From contig NW_019217946.1 in NCBI RefSeq assembly GCF_002571385.2, positions 357,427 through 421,426 of the forward strand: 64,000 nucleotides of DNA, read 5' to 3'. Below are positions 1 through 12,932 of this stretch, in pieces. The notes below the pieces were generated by a model. It ran no database searches. It was not told where the DNA came from and was given only the letters and a program-made list of their open reading frames with translations. Each line of letters starts with the position of its first letter. The stretch's first letter is position 1. Both the position numbers and the translations under genes were made by a program. The stretch comes from Stylophora pistillata (Eukaryota).

Positions 1-1640
1 CACGAAGACGTGTTAAAGATGACAGAAGCAAGAGGTATTATATGGCTGAGGTGGGAGAGATCAGGAAAAAGATTTCAATTGCAAAGGCTGAGTTGGATCG
101 TGTGAGAGTCAATGGGAAGTTGACGAAGAAAGGGAAACGGAACAGAACTATTTTACAGGAGGAGTGTAAACACGTCTCGGCGGCGGAGTTAGTAAGTTAT
201 ATGGAGAAGCAAAGATCACTTCTCAGGAAACTTAAGAGAGGATTTTACCGGAGACAGAAACACGCGGAAGCAAGACGTGTAAATTACCCGTTTAAAGTAG
301 ACGCGGGTCAGGTTTATGCTTACATGAGAGTCATTGGACAAGGATAAAGAAGACAAGTGCCCGAAGCACACGCCAGTGGATGACAAAAATGAAAATAGAA
401 AGATGTTTGAGAATATCGTGGAGGCGAGTAGCTTTTGGATACAGCTCTGGAAAAGTCAAGGGACTGGGAATAGAAACGCCCAATAGCTCGAGGATATAGG
501 GTCTGCAATTTATAGTCGAGTTCCTGCCCCGTCAGAGAAGGCCTGGAAGCTAAACACCGTCGAAGCTACAAGGGTACTAGCAAGGAAAAAGAACTAGAGC
601 GTCCCGGGTCCAGATAGGTTGACCAACTTTTGGTGGAAAAAGGCACAAGTGCTTCATTGAAGGTGTGACCATGTCGTTTCAGGCTATAGCGAATGTCAAT
701 GTAGAGTATCCACCCTGGTTCTCTGAAGGAAAAACCACACTACTTCCGAGACCCTGAGAATTCACAAGTGATAACCAGAGGCCGATAAACTTTCTAAATA
801 CTTTGTACAAGTGGTTCACTTCGTGCATATTAGGACCTGCAAATCAACATCTAGAAACGCATGGTCTAATGGATGGAGCTCAGAGGGGTGCACGCGCAGG
901 CTGTAGCGGAACCATAGACAATTTACTCATTGACAGAGTTGTGACCTTAGATTGTCAGAGGCGAAAGCGTAATTTGAGTATGGCCTGGATTGACGTCAAA
1001 AAGGCGTACGACTCGGTAGACCATGGTTGGTTGGAAGAGATGATGATCTTGCATAGATTCCCTATCCGGTTGTCAAGGACGGTAGAGAAGTTAAGCAAGG
1101 GCTGGAACACAAGGGTGGTGGCGACAACAAAGCTAGGACGCGAGAGATCTGAGCCAATCAGGTTTCTTAAAGGTCTACCCCAGGGTGATGCTCTCTGTCC
1201 CAGACTCTTCACGGTTTGCTTCAATTCTATTGCGTGGATGATCACTGCCAGTGAGGGCTATAAGCTATCTGAGCCAATTAGTGTAAAGGTAACAGATTTG
1301 CTGTATATTGACGATCTAAAGGTCTTTGCGTCTTCGGAGAGTAAACTAAGCCGTGTTATGGAGTCAACCAAGACTGCAATGGATGATGTCGGACTCCAAT
1401 GGAACCCCAAAAAGTGTGCGGTCGTTCATGCACCGAGAGGGGTATATACCCCTACCCATGACGCCACGGGGCTAAGGGTAGATGAGAATATCTGTATTTC
1501 CAACCTTGAAGAGGGCAATCAGTACAAGTTCTTGGGTGTTTTGGAGACGTTGGGGCAAGAGAAGAGGATGTCGTTGGAAGGCACAGCAAGGACTATCTTC
1601 GCAGAATGTCTTTCATCTGGTCAAGTCCCTTGTCTGATTA
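1..1640 (+). mobile_element. Degraded non-LTR retrotransposon (RLE-type, R4/Dong-like), 5' part including reverse transcriptase
   Basis: ORF 803-1921 has RT motifs WIDVKKAYDSV, KGLPQGDALCP, LLYIDDLK and YKFLG. Upstream frames carry stops and frameshifts. The shifted frame ends at ...IWSSPLSDY (1640). Confidence 0.85.
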
Positions 1641-1924
1641 TCATATCAAACTGTTTCCCCACTGCGATGGACATTTGTTTTTGTCGGTTCCAGCCTGGCG
1701 CGGCCGCTAACCCAGATGCCCTCCTGAGCAAATTTTCAAAATGGCGGNGATGGATGTCTTCCCCTGGGGTGGGATGGGTGGGTGTTGTCTTGCGATTATA
1801 TGAGCCTCTGGCTCGGGCAATATGGGCAACCATGCCCCACGCAAAGACATTAAACTTGATTACAGGAAGTGCAGGAGACGAGACGCATTGCAGCACTTTG
1901 TACAAGCTGAACCTTATCTAATAA

Positions 1925-2490
1925 GACAGACCTGAGAAAAAATCAGGCTTGTACGGGATTCGAACCACTGACCTCTGCGATACTACTGCAGCGCTCTACC
2001 AATTTAGCTAACAACTGGGAGCAGGCCGCTAAGTTGAGTCGTAATAAGCCCGTGAAAGCGATAAAATAGATACAATAAAAAAATATATGAAACTCATATA
2101 TTTTGAACTGCGGTATTATATACGTATGATGCAATATCCTTCCAGTAGAGAGCACTGTTTAAGCAATAGCGAAAATCAGACCTGAAAAAAATCAGGCCTG
2201 TTCAGGATTCGAACCACTGACCTCTGCGATACTAGTGCACCGCTCTACCAATTGAGCTAGCAAGCCAACTAGAAGCAGCCCGCTAAGTTGATTCCTAATA
2301 AACCCGTAGAGGTGATAAATCAGATACAATAACCGTTAGGTTCATTCGTAATAAGCCCGTGAAAGTGATAAATGAGATACAATGAAATATATTAGGTTTA
2401 TATATTTTGAACTGCGGTATGAGATACGTATGATGCACGATACTCGCAGTAGACAGTGCTATTTAAGCAAAAGCGAAAATCAGACCTAAA
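1925..2490 (-). repeat. Tandem ~230-300 bp tRNA-derived repeat, about 2 units
   Basis: Repeated AGACCTGAAAAAAATCAGGC...GGATTCGAACCACTGACCTCTGCGATAC...GCTCTACCAATTGAGCTA. On the - strand this gives A box TAGCTCAATTGG and B box GGTTCGAATCC. A related copy lies at ~43575-43830. Confidence 0.7.
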
Positions 2491-4192
2491 TTTGACAGTG
2501 ACTCACGTATCGTACTTTATCACCCTGAAGATCAATTTACCACCGTGATGAGTGTCATTTTCTACTTTCAAATCAATTTGCATCCTTGATATTGCAACTT
2601 CTGCCTTTACCCTAATCCATTTTCGTTATTTTCGCAAAGAGAAAATTAGAAACTCCATTCTTTAAATAATTGTACAAGATGAAGAAGAAGCTAAAAATGT
2701 TATGGTTTTTTTCACGGCGCTCTGACAACTTTCCATTACCAATAATAAAAGTCCCACGTTATTTATCATGAAATACGTATTGCAAATGCGGTGTAACGCG
2801 TCAGTCGAATGAAAACATTTAGAAATAAACTTCTGTTACATGTATCTTCAATAATTATCTTTCGTTCTCGACGAATTTTCTCGTAGGTGTCAGTGTATAA
2901 CACCCTAAAAGTCTTGTTTGCTTGTTGGCACTGATTTACATAGAAGGGGAAAGAAAAAAAAATTGTGAGAAAACCGAGACCTCAGTGCTGATTTAGCGAG
3001 GTCTTTGGTTCTGATCATGAGTGGCAGTTGGGCTGTGTTGTCCACATGAACAAAAGACCCATTTTTTTAGACGAAAAAACTGTTAAATAACTTTTACACG
3101 GTAAATATTTCGCAGCATTACATTCCATCCTTTTCGCGGCTGTGAAATGCAGAGAAGAAATAGACCTTTTTTTAAGGATGTCAAATACATTTTTTTGCAA
3201 CATACTTATTGATTTCACCCTTTCCAATTTGAAAACTGAAGTTGACGCAAACCAAAACAAAACAGTCACAAAACAAAACAAAACAAAACCTAGAAGAAGA
3301 AGAACAAAAGAAAAGAAAAGAAAATACTGCGTGAAATTTACATAAAGTGAGGTTGAGGTAGGAAAATTCAATTGGCGTGATGTCTTTGTCCTTTCCAATT
3401 GATATACAGTTAGAAAAGTGGCTGCAGAAAATAAGATTCGATATCAAGACACTGAAATGGAACATAAACCCTATTCTTTAGCAGTGGCGAAGTGCTAATT
3501 AAAGTAGAATATGTTACATGTAACTTCACGGTGATTAATGATATCAGGGCAGAAACTAACATCAAGGAAGAATAGCATTGATATCAAGCAAGAGAATTTA
3601 TATAGTCTCTCGCATCAAGTTAGCAAGGAAATGGAACATTAAGCTAAAACGATATCAAGATAGATAATGGAAAATAAACCATCAAGATTTAACAGTAACT
3701 CGTGCAATTAAGTTCCCTGTCACCAACTGAGTAATTTTGAAACAAACGGCGAGCCACACATTACCATCTCTTTGATATTCAAACTCGCTTGCTTGGGTTT
3801 AAAATTGATCAGATGAGGGTATTTAGGTTGCCAAAATGTAACATCTAATTCATCTCTTGTTGAAAGTTACTTATATACCCCGTACTTTCAAAGGCTTTAA
3901 TTTCTACTTCGATCCGTTTAGCAATTAAGCAATTCTCTGATAAAACAACGTCGATGGATTGTTTTATACAGGTGCAGTTGGCTTTGTTAAATTGTTGAGC
4001 AATAATCAAGATCTCACCAAGACAGATGATCTAAGGACTTCCTTTGAACATTATCAGTTTACAAATTACGTAATGGTCATTGATCAGGATCTGGTCCAAT
4101 AACAAAAACTTCCTGTAACTATTAAGAATTATAACTTATGAAGATGGACCTAGTTACATTATTCATATCGAGTGAAGCAACAACGCAATACA

Positions 4193-4470
4193 ACCGCCGC
4201 CTGGTTAGCTCAATTGGGAGAGCGCCGGACTGCTGTGCGGGAGGTCGAGAGTTCAATACCGGCCGGACCAACACTCAGGGTCTTAAAATTAACTGAGAAG
4301 AATATGCTTCCTTTCTTTAACATCAAGAAATGGTTAGATATTCTAGTCTTCTCGGATAGGGACGAATAAATGGAGGTCCCGTCTCCTGCAGGGTTGGGGT
4401 AGGAGACGTTAATTTCCCACGCACGAGATTACTGTGTGATGGATGTCCTCCCTGGGGTGGGATGGGTGGG
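4193..4470 (+). mobile_element. tRNA-derived SINE with Deu/Nin-like core
   Basis: A box TAGCTCAATTGG and B box GAGTTCAATAC, then core GTCTTCTCGGATAGGGACGAATAAATGGAGGTCCCGTC. Near-identical copies at 17086 and 45965. Confidence 0.8.
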
Positions 4471-4570
4471 TAACAGGACCCCCGTTGATACCAGTGTTTA
4501 CTACACTGAAGGGGCTATCCTGTATAAATATAGATGTCTGTCTGTCTGTCTGTCTGTCAGGAAAAAAGAT

Positions 4571-5043
4571 ATGGAGGTGGTTCGCCTTAGACTCCCTTAT
4601 TGTTTGCCTTTACTGCTCTTCCTTTTTTGCTGTCTTCATACCTCGCAAGGTACTACAAAGCATACTTTCTGTTTATTTCAATTTCTTTGTTCAATTGATA
4701 GCTTTACAAGTGACGAAATCATTTCCCTGTGATAGGTGATAAAAACGTCCGGACCTTTTCTAACAAAGGTTTTAGTCGAGAATCCTCAGACAACGTGTGG
4801 CTGATGAAGATGGTAGAAGAAACCTTTTCCTATTTAAACATCAGCAAGATCAATTCAGTGGAGGTTCAAAGGGACGGCGAGTGTGGGTTTGCCTGCCTTA
4901 CCGACCCTTTGTGTTTTTCATACAACCTGGAGGCAAGTGTCTCCAAAACAGGAACCCGTGTATGTGAGCTGCTACCATCAGACAAGTACAACAACTCGGA
5001 CAAAGCTCTCATCAGCCAGAGATTCTATCATTACAGGATCCAG
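4571..5043 (+). pseudogene. Secreted PAN/apple-domain protein, probably truncated or degenerate
   Basis: Signal exon 4571-4649 (MEVVRLRLPYCLPLLLFLFCCLHTSQ, GT donor). Exon from 4736 encodes CGFACLTDPLCFSYNL...CELLPSDKYN (PAN-like Cys pattern). The expected donor reads TTGAGT, and the downstream sequence looks degenerate. Confidence 0.6.
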
Positions 5044-6065
5044 TTGAGTGGTCTGCTGTTTTACGTGCTGTTGGAGAAAATTCCCCAGGAGAGACATGTA
5101 ATTAGACAGGTGGCTATCAGACAGGATTGCAATACACACGTTCAGGGTTTCGCAACAGTCCTGTCCGATTTAATCGGAGCTAATGTCCCTTGGAGTATTT
5201 CTAATATCTTAGGTGCTCTCCAAACCTCTCAAATGCTCCCTGGACGCGCAAATAACGCATAAAGAGATAATTTAACACATTTTCCTTGCTGTCGGTTTGA
5301 GTTTCGACAGCGGAAAACTCCCTCTCGGCTTCGCTTCAGAGGTTACATAGTCACTTCTTTTGCGTGGAAAATGAATATAAGACATGTTTACGGAATTCAA
5401 TTTAATTACGCAAATTCACGAAATATGCAACAAAAGAAAACCTTTCAGAAAACAGAAGCACAGAAGACAGTTGCCACAGATTTGAATGTTAAAAGTAGAA
5501 AAAAGTCTCCTATTTTTAGATCATTATCTTTCTTCATTCAGCTACGTACGTAGCCTCATGTGTGATAGCTGCAGCAGAGTAAAATCAAATCAATTTAATG
5601 GCGGAAGAATTCAAATTATATTTTTATGCAAATTTGAACAAAATGTCAAAGAAAAGTGTACATTCTGCTCTTAACGCGAAACAACAGTTTTTACTCTATG
5701 GCTACTTGTTTCTATATGATATAGTTATACTGCTTTAAAGAAAACCTTCCTGGATCTTTTCTATCATTAAGAACTATTTATTTTAAATAGAGAAGGTAAG
5801 TGAATATATCTATATTTTTTTCAAAAAGGAAAGGGGGAGTTACTCAACTAAGAAGAAGATACATTTAAATGTTGTGCCGCGTAGCACTATAAACACAAAT
5901 GATGGAACAGCGGATTAACTCTAAAGCGTAAATTAAAGTGCTAAGTGAGACCTATGAAAAGCCCCTTTGCTCTGCCGACTAATCTACGAGAGATGAACAC
6001 AAATCGACCCCGACTTTCTCTGTGTGTGTTCAGAGTACGCGGTAAAATATTTATATGTACCCTTA

Positions 6066-6377
6066 AGGCACGTTTAAACGGTTTCAACATTTGACCAACA
6101 TTCGTTCAACAAAAGTTGAATGGATGTTGGGCAAATGTTGGACGTGAAAACAGCAAAATTGTTCGGAGGCCTTTGAAATGCCTCACAAAGGCCGCCCTAC
6201 AAAGGAAATGTTGAATGACAGTTTAAACCGATTTAAACTTGATTAGATACGCTTTCAACAACCTTTGGACATTTTTACGTCTTCAACAATGTCGGAAGAC
6301 CTGTTTAAACGCACCGAAAATGCAACAAAGTGTTAAATGCATGTTGAAGCAAATGTTTAAACCGTTTAAACGGGCCT
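6066..6377. mobile_element. PIF/Harbinger (Tourist-like) MITE
   Basis: TIRs AGGCACGTTTAAACGGTTTCAACATTT / AAATGTTTAAACCGTTTAAACGGGCCT. TTA target-site duplication at 6063-6065 and 6378-6380. Confidence 0.8.
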
Positions 6378-6427
6378 TTACTCTTCGCCGTGATTCACCA
6401 CCTTAATCGACCCCAACTTTCTTTGTC

Positions 6428-6500
6428 CGACCTCGTAGCTTAGTCGGCAGAGCAACGGTAGATTTAATACGGAGGTCGTGGGTTCGATTCCCACCGAGCT
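6428..6500 (+). mobile_element. tRNA-like SINE head
   Basis: A box TAGCTTAGTCGG and B box GGTTCGATTCC. No canonical cloverleaf. Confidence 0.6.
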
Positions 6501-6683
6501 TTGAAAGAAATTTTCCACGAGTTATGATCAACCATCACCGTCCACAAGTTTTTAGAAACTGCCACTGACCTAGCTCTGCCTCCAACATCTTATTAGCTCT
6601 GACCTAACTCTAACGTCTTATTAGAAATTACGAAAAAAGAATAAAGAAAATAAAAGCTATAACAGGAAATATACTCCACAGCA

Positions 6684-6748
6684 CCTTGCGAATTATGAAG
6701 ACAGCCAACAATACAAACCAGTAAAAGCAAACATTTTCCAAGATCCAT
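6684..6748 (-). pseudogene. Orphan signal-peptide exon paralogous to the PAN gene exon 1
   Basis: MDLGKCLLLLVCIVGCLHNSQG versus ...LLLFLFCCLHTSQG. Both are preceded by AAAAAAGAT-ATG. Confidence 0.5.
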
Positions 6749-8797
6749 ATCTTTTTTGTGTCTGAGAATTTGAATTTGTAACAAAAACGATCAAACAGCA
6801 CTAACCGGGTACCTTTATTAAAGAGCGGTATAATCTTCTATGAATAAGCTTTTTAAGATGGTTGTTCGGAAATATATTTATTGTTATTTGACTTTAAGGA
6901 AATGCAATTATATGTTTTTAGATCATTGGTGCGCAAAGCGATATATTTGAGCACCTGTCTATAAGACCAAACTTCAAATTGTTGTTCAAAAACAAAACCG
7001 ACTGCACCTGTATAAACCAGTCACTGGTTACTCTTTTCTCTCGCGAATGACTTGGTACTTTGAAAACAAAAAGCGTTTGAGGGTATGGTGTACGCATGTA
7101 TACAGGTGAAATCATGCAGGTAGCGCATGGTGATACGAAAATTCAAGGCAAATGACTTAAACGTAAAAACAAGAAATGCGTGAGATGTTAATTTTGGAAA
7201 AAAACACAGCATGTCATTATTGGACTGATGACAGGCCAAAAAGAGTAAATTTGAATATCTTATAGGTGGTAATATGCAAAAATATACTGTTCCAATGCGA
7301 GGAAATTGAAGGCGATTGCCGATCTTATTCCGTTAGGCATCAACTTATGCAATCGCGTCTATAGCTTGCAATTGTGTTAAATTCCAATCCGCGAGGTAAA
7401 AAAAAAGTAAAAGAAAAAAAAGCGTCGAGAACATGCTTACTGCGGGCTTTAAGCGTTAACAGAAATAGCGTTCACATAAAGAAAAAATGTTTGGTTGTTT
7501 TACTCTAGACAACTCGTGCAGCATACGGAAAGCATTCGCTTTCCGAATGCCTTGTTTGGCGTTCTAAAGAGACGCCAATTAACTGTCAATTAATAAATTC
7601 ACTTCGAGCTGTAACTTTGAGGACAGACTTCCATTAAGCGTTCTAAAGAGACGCCAATTAATTGTCAATCAATAGACTAACGATAAATAGATTAGCGCTG
7701 TAACATTAGGGAAAGACTTCCATTAAGCCCATTCTATTTTAAACAAAGCTGTAGTCCAAGAGGCAATCTATTGCTTTCTATTAAACCGATTGAGGCAAGT
7801 TCCATTGTTAAGACATCATTGTACAGTCGCAGGACCCCTCAAGGTAATGCCTGTTAAGAGCAGTATGAAAGTCATTGACAAAAAAGAATAGTGTACAGTG
7901 AACTTTGCATTGTAGCGTGTTCTTAAATAGGGGAAGGAGGCATTAGTCAATCATTGAGGAATGTCGAAAGCACACTTCTAGTGCATGCGTTGTTGCACTC
8001 AGTTAATTGAAGGATTGTTCTCATCTTCCATCTAGTCCATCACTCCAGCCCCTAAAGTGTATTATGCATCTTGGGTTCGGTTCGAGAATGATTTTGACCG
8101 CAATGCAGAATGCGGGATTTCGAGCGCGCTCAACGGCACAGAAGATGATAACATTCACACGGCTGAAATTGCCGGAACTTGCTGCCATAGGATGGCCTTG
8201 ACGCCGACAGCAAAGAAGATGACGAATTAACACTCATTCTTGTAGTTATCACTAAACAAAACGGCTCCATTCAAATAAAAGTAAATTGGNNNNNNNNNNN
8301 NNNNNNNNNNNNNNNNNNNNNNNNNNNNNNNNNNNNNNNNNNNNNNNNNNNNNNNNNNNNNNNNNNNNNNNNNNNNNNNNNNNNNNNNNNNNNNNNNNNN
8401 NNNNNNNNNNNNNNNNNNNNNNNNNNNNNNNNNNNNNNNNNNNNNNNNNNNNNNNNNNNNNNNNNNNNNNNNNNNNNNNNNNNNNNNNNNNNNNNNNNNN
8501 NNNNNNNNNNNNNNNNNNNNNNNNNNNNNNNNNNNNNNNNNNNNNNNNNNNNNNNNNNNNNNGGAAAAGGTGAAAATGACGAGGGAAAAACTTTACTTTG
8601 TAGTACGAAAATACACAAAATGGAAAGCCATGATATCATAGTTCAATATTTCGGTGGTACATTGTTAACTTTTTATACAGAGAGTCGGCAAGATGATGTA
8701 ACATCCAAACATCGCACTCGATTTGAGTGGGCTGATGAAGTGGGCGTGGTCATGAAATTCAGTAAGAGACTATTTGTACCCCGCGAGTTTCATATGA

Positions 8798-10397
8798 TCG
8801 TGTAACAGCCTCGAACCAGTTTGCATTACCAGCGATGGGCTACCTGATGTGGACACAACAATGGCCGGTGACAGAGCTTAAAAAATTGGATAGAGAAGCT
8901 CGCAAGATAATTGTTGAGAATGGAGGAAAACATCACAACGGGTCAACTGCCATTTTATACCTGCCAAGGGAGATGGGAGGGAGAGGCCTGCGTTCGATCG
9001 AGGAACAGTACAAAGTAACGAAGATAAAGACGGCAGTGAAGTTATATAGCAGTGGCGACCCAGCCATGGCGGTGGTTCGTGAGTTTGAAGAGAGAGCGGA
9101 AGAGTTAGGACACAGTTCGTTAGTTAAAGAGGCAGCAAGGTATGCAGATGAGATGGGTCTCCAGTTGCAGCTGGAATACCCAAGTCCAGCTTGCATAAAA
9201 CGTGATAGTGGAGAGGTGATAACAGCAGAGAAATTGAAGGTAGAGCTGAGAACGGTCTTGGAAGAGAAGACACGGGAAACGATGCATGAGCAGAATTGGC
9301 AGGGGAAATTACTCTCTGCGATAACAGAAGACGAGAGTCTTAACTTCAACGGATGTTATTGGTGGCTAAGCAGTTGGAAACAGTGCCCAACACATACTGT
9401 GGGGGGGATGTTTGAACTCTACGAGCAATTATTACCGACGAGGTTATATGCTTGCCAGAAAACGCACACAGACACATGTGGTAAGGCCCCTGAAAGTGTC
9501 GCCCGTGTCTTGGCTGGTTGTACCGCCCTCGCTCAGAATAAGTATCTTACTCGACATAACGCAGCCTTGAAAATACTTCTCTTTGAAATTCTGTACGACC
9601 TAGGCCTTGTAGAAACAGTCCCCTCTTGGTACTCGCCATTAAAACCGAAGCCAGTGTACGAGGCGAACAATACTCAAGCATTCTGAGACGTTCCTTTATT
9701 TGCGGAGCACCAAGAAGTTAGAGCCAAAACAATAAATGCGCGTATTATCGACCATGAATCGAGACGAGTCATCACGCTAGAGATGAGCTGCCCATGGTTT
9801 ACAAATAGGTGGAAAAAGAATTAGGAGAAAACCTCGAAATACGGACCGCTTTGTTGGGAATTAAAGCGGAAGTACCAAGGATATGAAGTGAAACAATATA
9901 ATATCATAATGGACGCATTAGGGGGATGGTGTCGTGACTTAGAAGCCGAAATGAAGGAGTTGGTCGGAAACAAGAGTAAGGGAGTTCTTCAAAATATGCA
10001 GAAGGCTGTGATCTCGGGAACACTAAATATCTCTCGGACATTTAAAGTTGTAGCATGAAAAATGAACATCGCGTACTATTTAACTCTTTGCCTTCAAAAA
10101 TTCTGCGGATTATTAGAAACTTAGGAAGTGATCGTCACTGATTAACTCTTTCATAGCCGAAATAAGTAATAGGTTTTTAAAGAATTTAGAATGACTATTT
10201 TAGATTTGGATACCCGAAATAGCTTATCTTTTTTATTTCTCGAGGGGTTTTTTTTTGTTTAGTATATAGATTTGGATTTCACTGTAGTTAACGGGCTACG
10301 CTCATGCGCCCCGTCATACTATTCTTATTGTATATGGCATACAAAAGCTTTAAACTGCTGCCTATAATAATAATAATAATAGTAATAATAATAATAA
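8798..10397 (+). mobile_element. 3' part of the same R4/Dong-like retrotransposon: RT thumb, degenerate CCHC knuckle, restriction-like endonuclease, 3' UTR and (TAA)n tail
   Basis: Resumes with RVTASNQFALPAMGYLMW, then LYLPREMGGRGL, CGKAPESVARVLAGC...YLTRHNAA and LEMSCPW..K..KY. ORF ends near 10058. (TAA)n run at 10364-10397. Confidence 0.8.
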
Positions 10398-10446
10398 ACT
10401 GCTACGAGCAGTTTACCATGAGCAAAGGCAAATCTAACAGATGCCC

Positions 10447-10763
10447 CCAATTTCCAGTAAACAGGCCAGACCACAACAGCGGGATCTACGTTCCCTACTC
10501 TTGCGATAACTGTGTGGGTTCTTTAACTTTCCCTGCTAACCATGCCAGTACAGGGACGATGCAGGAGATGGGGGCCTACGGTTTTTCGTCCTTACTCGAG
10601 AAGACTAAGATGTCTAACAATTTACTGATATCATAGCAAAGGCAGCACATTCTCTTTAGTTAATATTCTATAATCATGAGTGTTGGTCTTGTCTGGGGCT
10701 TGAACCCACGACCTCCCGCTCGGCATTCCGGCGCTCTACAACATGAGCTAACCGGGCGGCGGT
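10447..10763 (-). mobile_element. tRNA-derived SINE with Deu/Nin-like core, related subfamily
   Basis: The - strand reads ACCGCCGCCCGGTTAGCTCATGTTG...GGTTCAAGCCC...GTCTTCTCGAGTAAGGACGAAAAACCGTAGGCCCC. Confidence 0.75.
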
Positions 10764-12932
10764 ATAAAACGGATAATTATACAGTTCTGCGGTCATTAAA
10801 TCGTTTTAACTCTAATTTTTTATTCTTTCCTTTAGGTGGGTAATAGTCTTGTGCGATTCTGTACTTCTACAATGACATAGAGAAATTCGTTCTTCACTGT
10901 TTTAAAATAACTTTCGATCTTCTGGTTTAGCAGCCTCCTTTTATAAGAGGCAAATGATAGGTACAAGGTGAATATATGTTAGATGAATTATCTTTTGAGC
11001 GACTCTCATTTCTTCATTTTCATCTACAGTAGGGCCCCGAGCTAAGCTTGCATGTTGAAATGAAACACTGTGAAACATGAAATGAAACACTTTGAACCAC
11101 GTGCCATCCATTCACGTCGTGGGTCTACTGCAAGCCGAACACGAGCCCCGTGCCTCAGGCTGTACCTCGGACTATGAAGTTGGCCATGAACCACAGGATG
11201 GGAGCCGTCGGTAGCTGTGCCGATGTTGAATAGCTACTGATGGGTAACTAAACACTATCTATCATGAAAAACCATCAAACAGAGGATGGTTATAGATTTC
11301 AAGTATTCGCGATACCAAATAAAAACAGCAACATTGGCGAAGTTGGACTATTATTGACTGGTGAAAGTAATTTTTTGTTAGACTTTATCAGGAGTTTATT
11401 TATTAGAAAAGTGGCGAATATAGTTTTTCTGATTAAAAATCGTGTAGCACTTCACATTGAACTTTTACAACTCACCGCAGCTAATTCGCGAGATAAGCCA
11501 GAAAGCTTCACCACTGCGCGTAGTATGGACAAACGTCCAAATAACGAACGAAGTTTGAGAGTAGAAGAAGAGGAGGTACCGTGATGGAAAGCATAAAATA
11601 CGTCAGACTGCAAATTGCGCTCGCCTTAAGGACTCCTACAATTTTGTTGGTCTGAGACATTTACTCGTAGTAATTTTATCAAATTGCACTGGAAATCATG
11701 TTGACATCTACACAAATTTGCATTTGTTTTTTTTTTTTTAATGCATTCAGACCTTATCTTACTTGATATGAACTTTGTTCAACACTCATAAACCCAGAGT
11801 CTCTGTTCAATGATTCCAGGTCAAATTCAAAGTTGAAGGTTTGTTACTTCTACTAATGAAATGCCTCCCAATTTCTAGAGTAAACCAACAGCTGAAGCTT
11901 CCTCTCTGCTTTTCATCCATTCGTGTCCATGGATAGAAGATTTCAATTTTCATGTAGGGAACAAGGCGCACTACAGTATTATAGCAAGGAGATGGTAACG
12001 TAATTACTAGTAATCCTTAATATTTTTTAAGAATAAGGAAATATCCTTAGGTATCACTGAGTCTAAGGGACGCTTCATCACACAAGGCTGACACAAGGCG
12101 TTCCTAGTGGGAAATTTATGTCGAATCGAATCTTGTACGTTTGGTTGCTTCATTTAATAATTATATACGTCTCTCTCAAAACTGCTTAAAATTCCTTGGT
12201 AGTATTTATATTTAAAATATACTCTGTCTGACCAATTTGACGAATAAAACATTCTTGAAAATGATAAAAAAAGATTGTTGTATTCATGGTGCAAGGCGTG
12301 GTAAACTGACACATGGGTGCTCGGGTATAAAAGAATATGTCAGGAAATCAATAAAATATTACTTTAAGTCGAATTAAGTATTGAGTGGAGAAAAGAGATT
12401 TCGATGTAGGTAGAGGTCTTTTGTCTAAATTCTTGATTCGTTCCTGAATTGTGCGCTTTGGAGATTGTTTAAATCTAGCTTTCAGTAGAGATTTGTATCA
12501 CTTATTTTTCTTCCCTTTAAAGCTTTGAAACAAGCATCGCGTGATCGTTATTGTACAGTTTTACAAAGAAGGCTGAAGAGGATTCCAAAACATGTAAGGA
12601 AAACTTTTAAAAATGACAATCATGTAATTAGCACAATTGGCTTCTTTTTGACATCAAAACATTACCGGTAGCTTTGGGAAATATTAAACAAGATTGCACC
12701 TAGAGGTATTAAGCAGATGGGGGACAGCAAGAAATGGTGAGACCACAAAGGATTCGGAAATGTTGTATAGAGCAATTATGGTTGATAAAGTTTTGCATCA
12801 TATGGCATAACGTTTAGCCTGGTGTCTCCCGTTGAAGTCATGACAAAAAAGAATTAATTTGACCAAATGACTTGAAACCTCTTCACAAAAAAACTTTTAT
12901 AAGACAAATTTAATCATTGCAATTCTTTTTAG

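Noticed and set aside
1925-2490. tRNA genes or a CRISPR-like array
   Set aside because: A and B boxes are present without a proper cloverleaf. Whole units repeat with no unique spacers, the context is eukaryotic, and there are no cas genes.
8271-8639. Long ORFs spanning N runs (also 32067-33348 and 63739-63995)
   Set aside because: These are artefacts of translating gaps.
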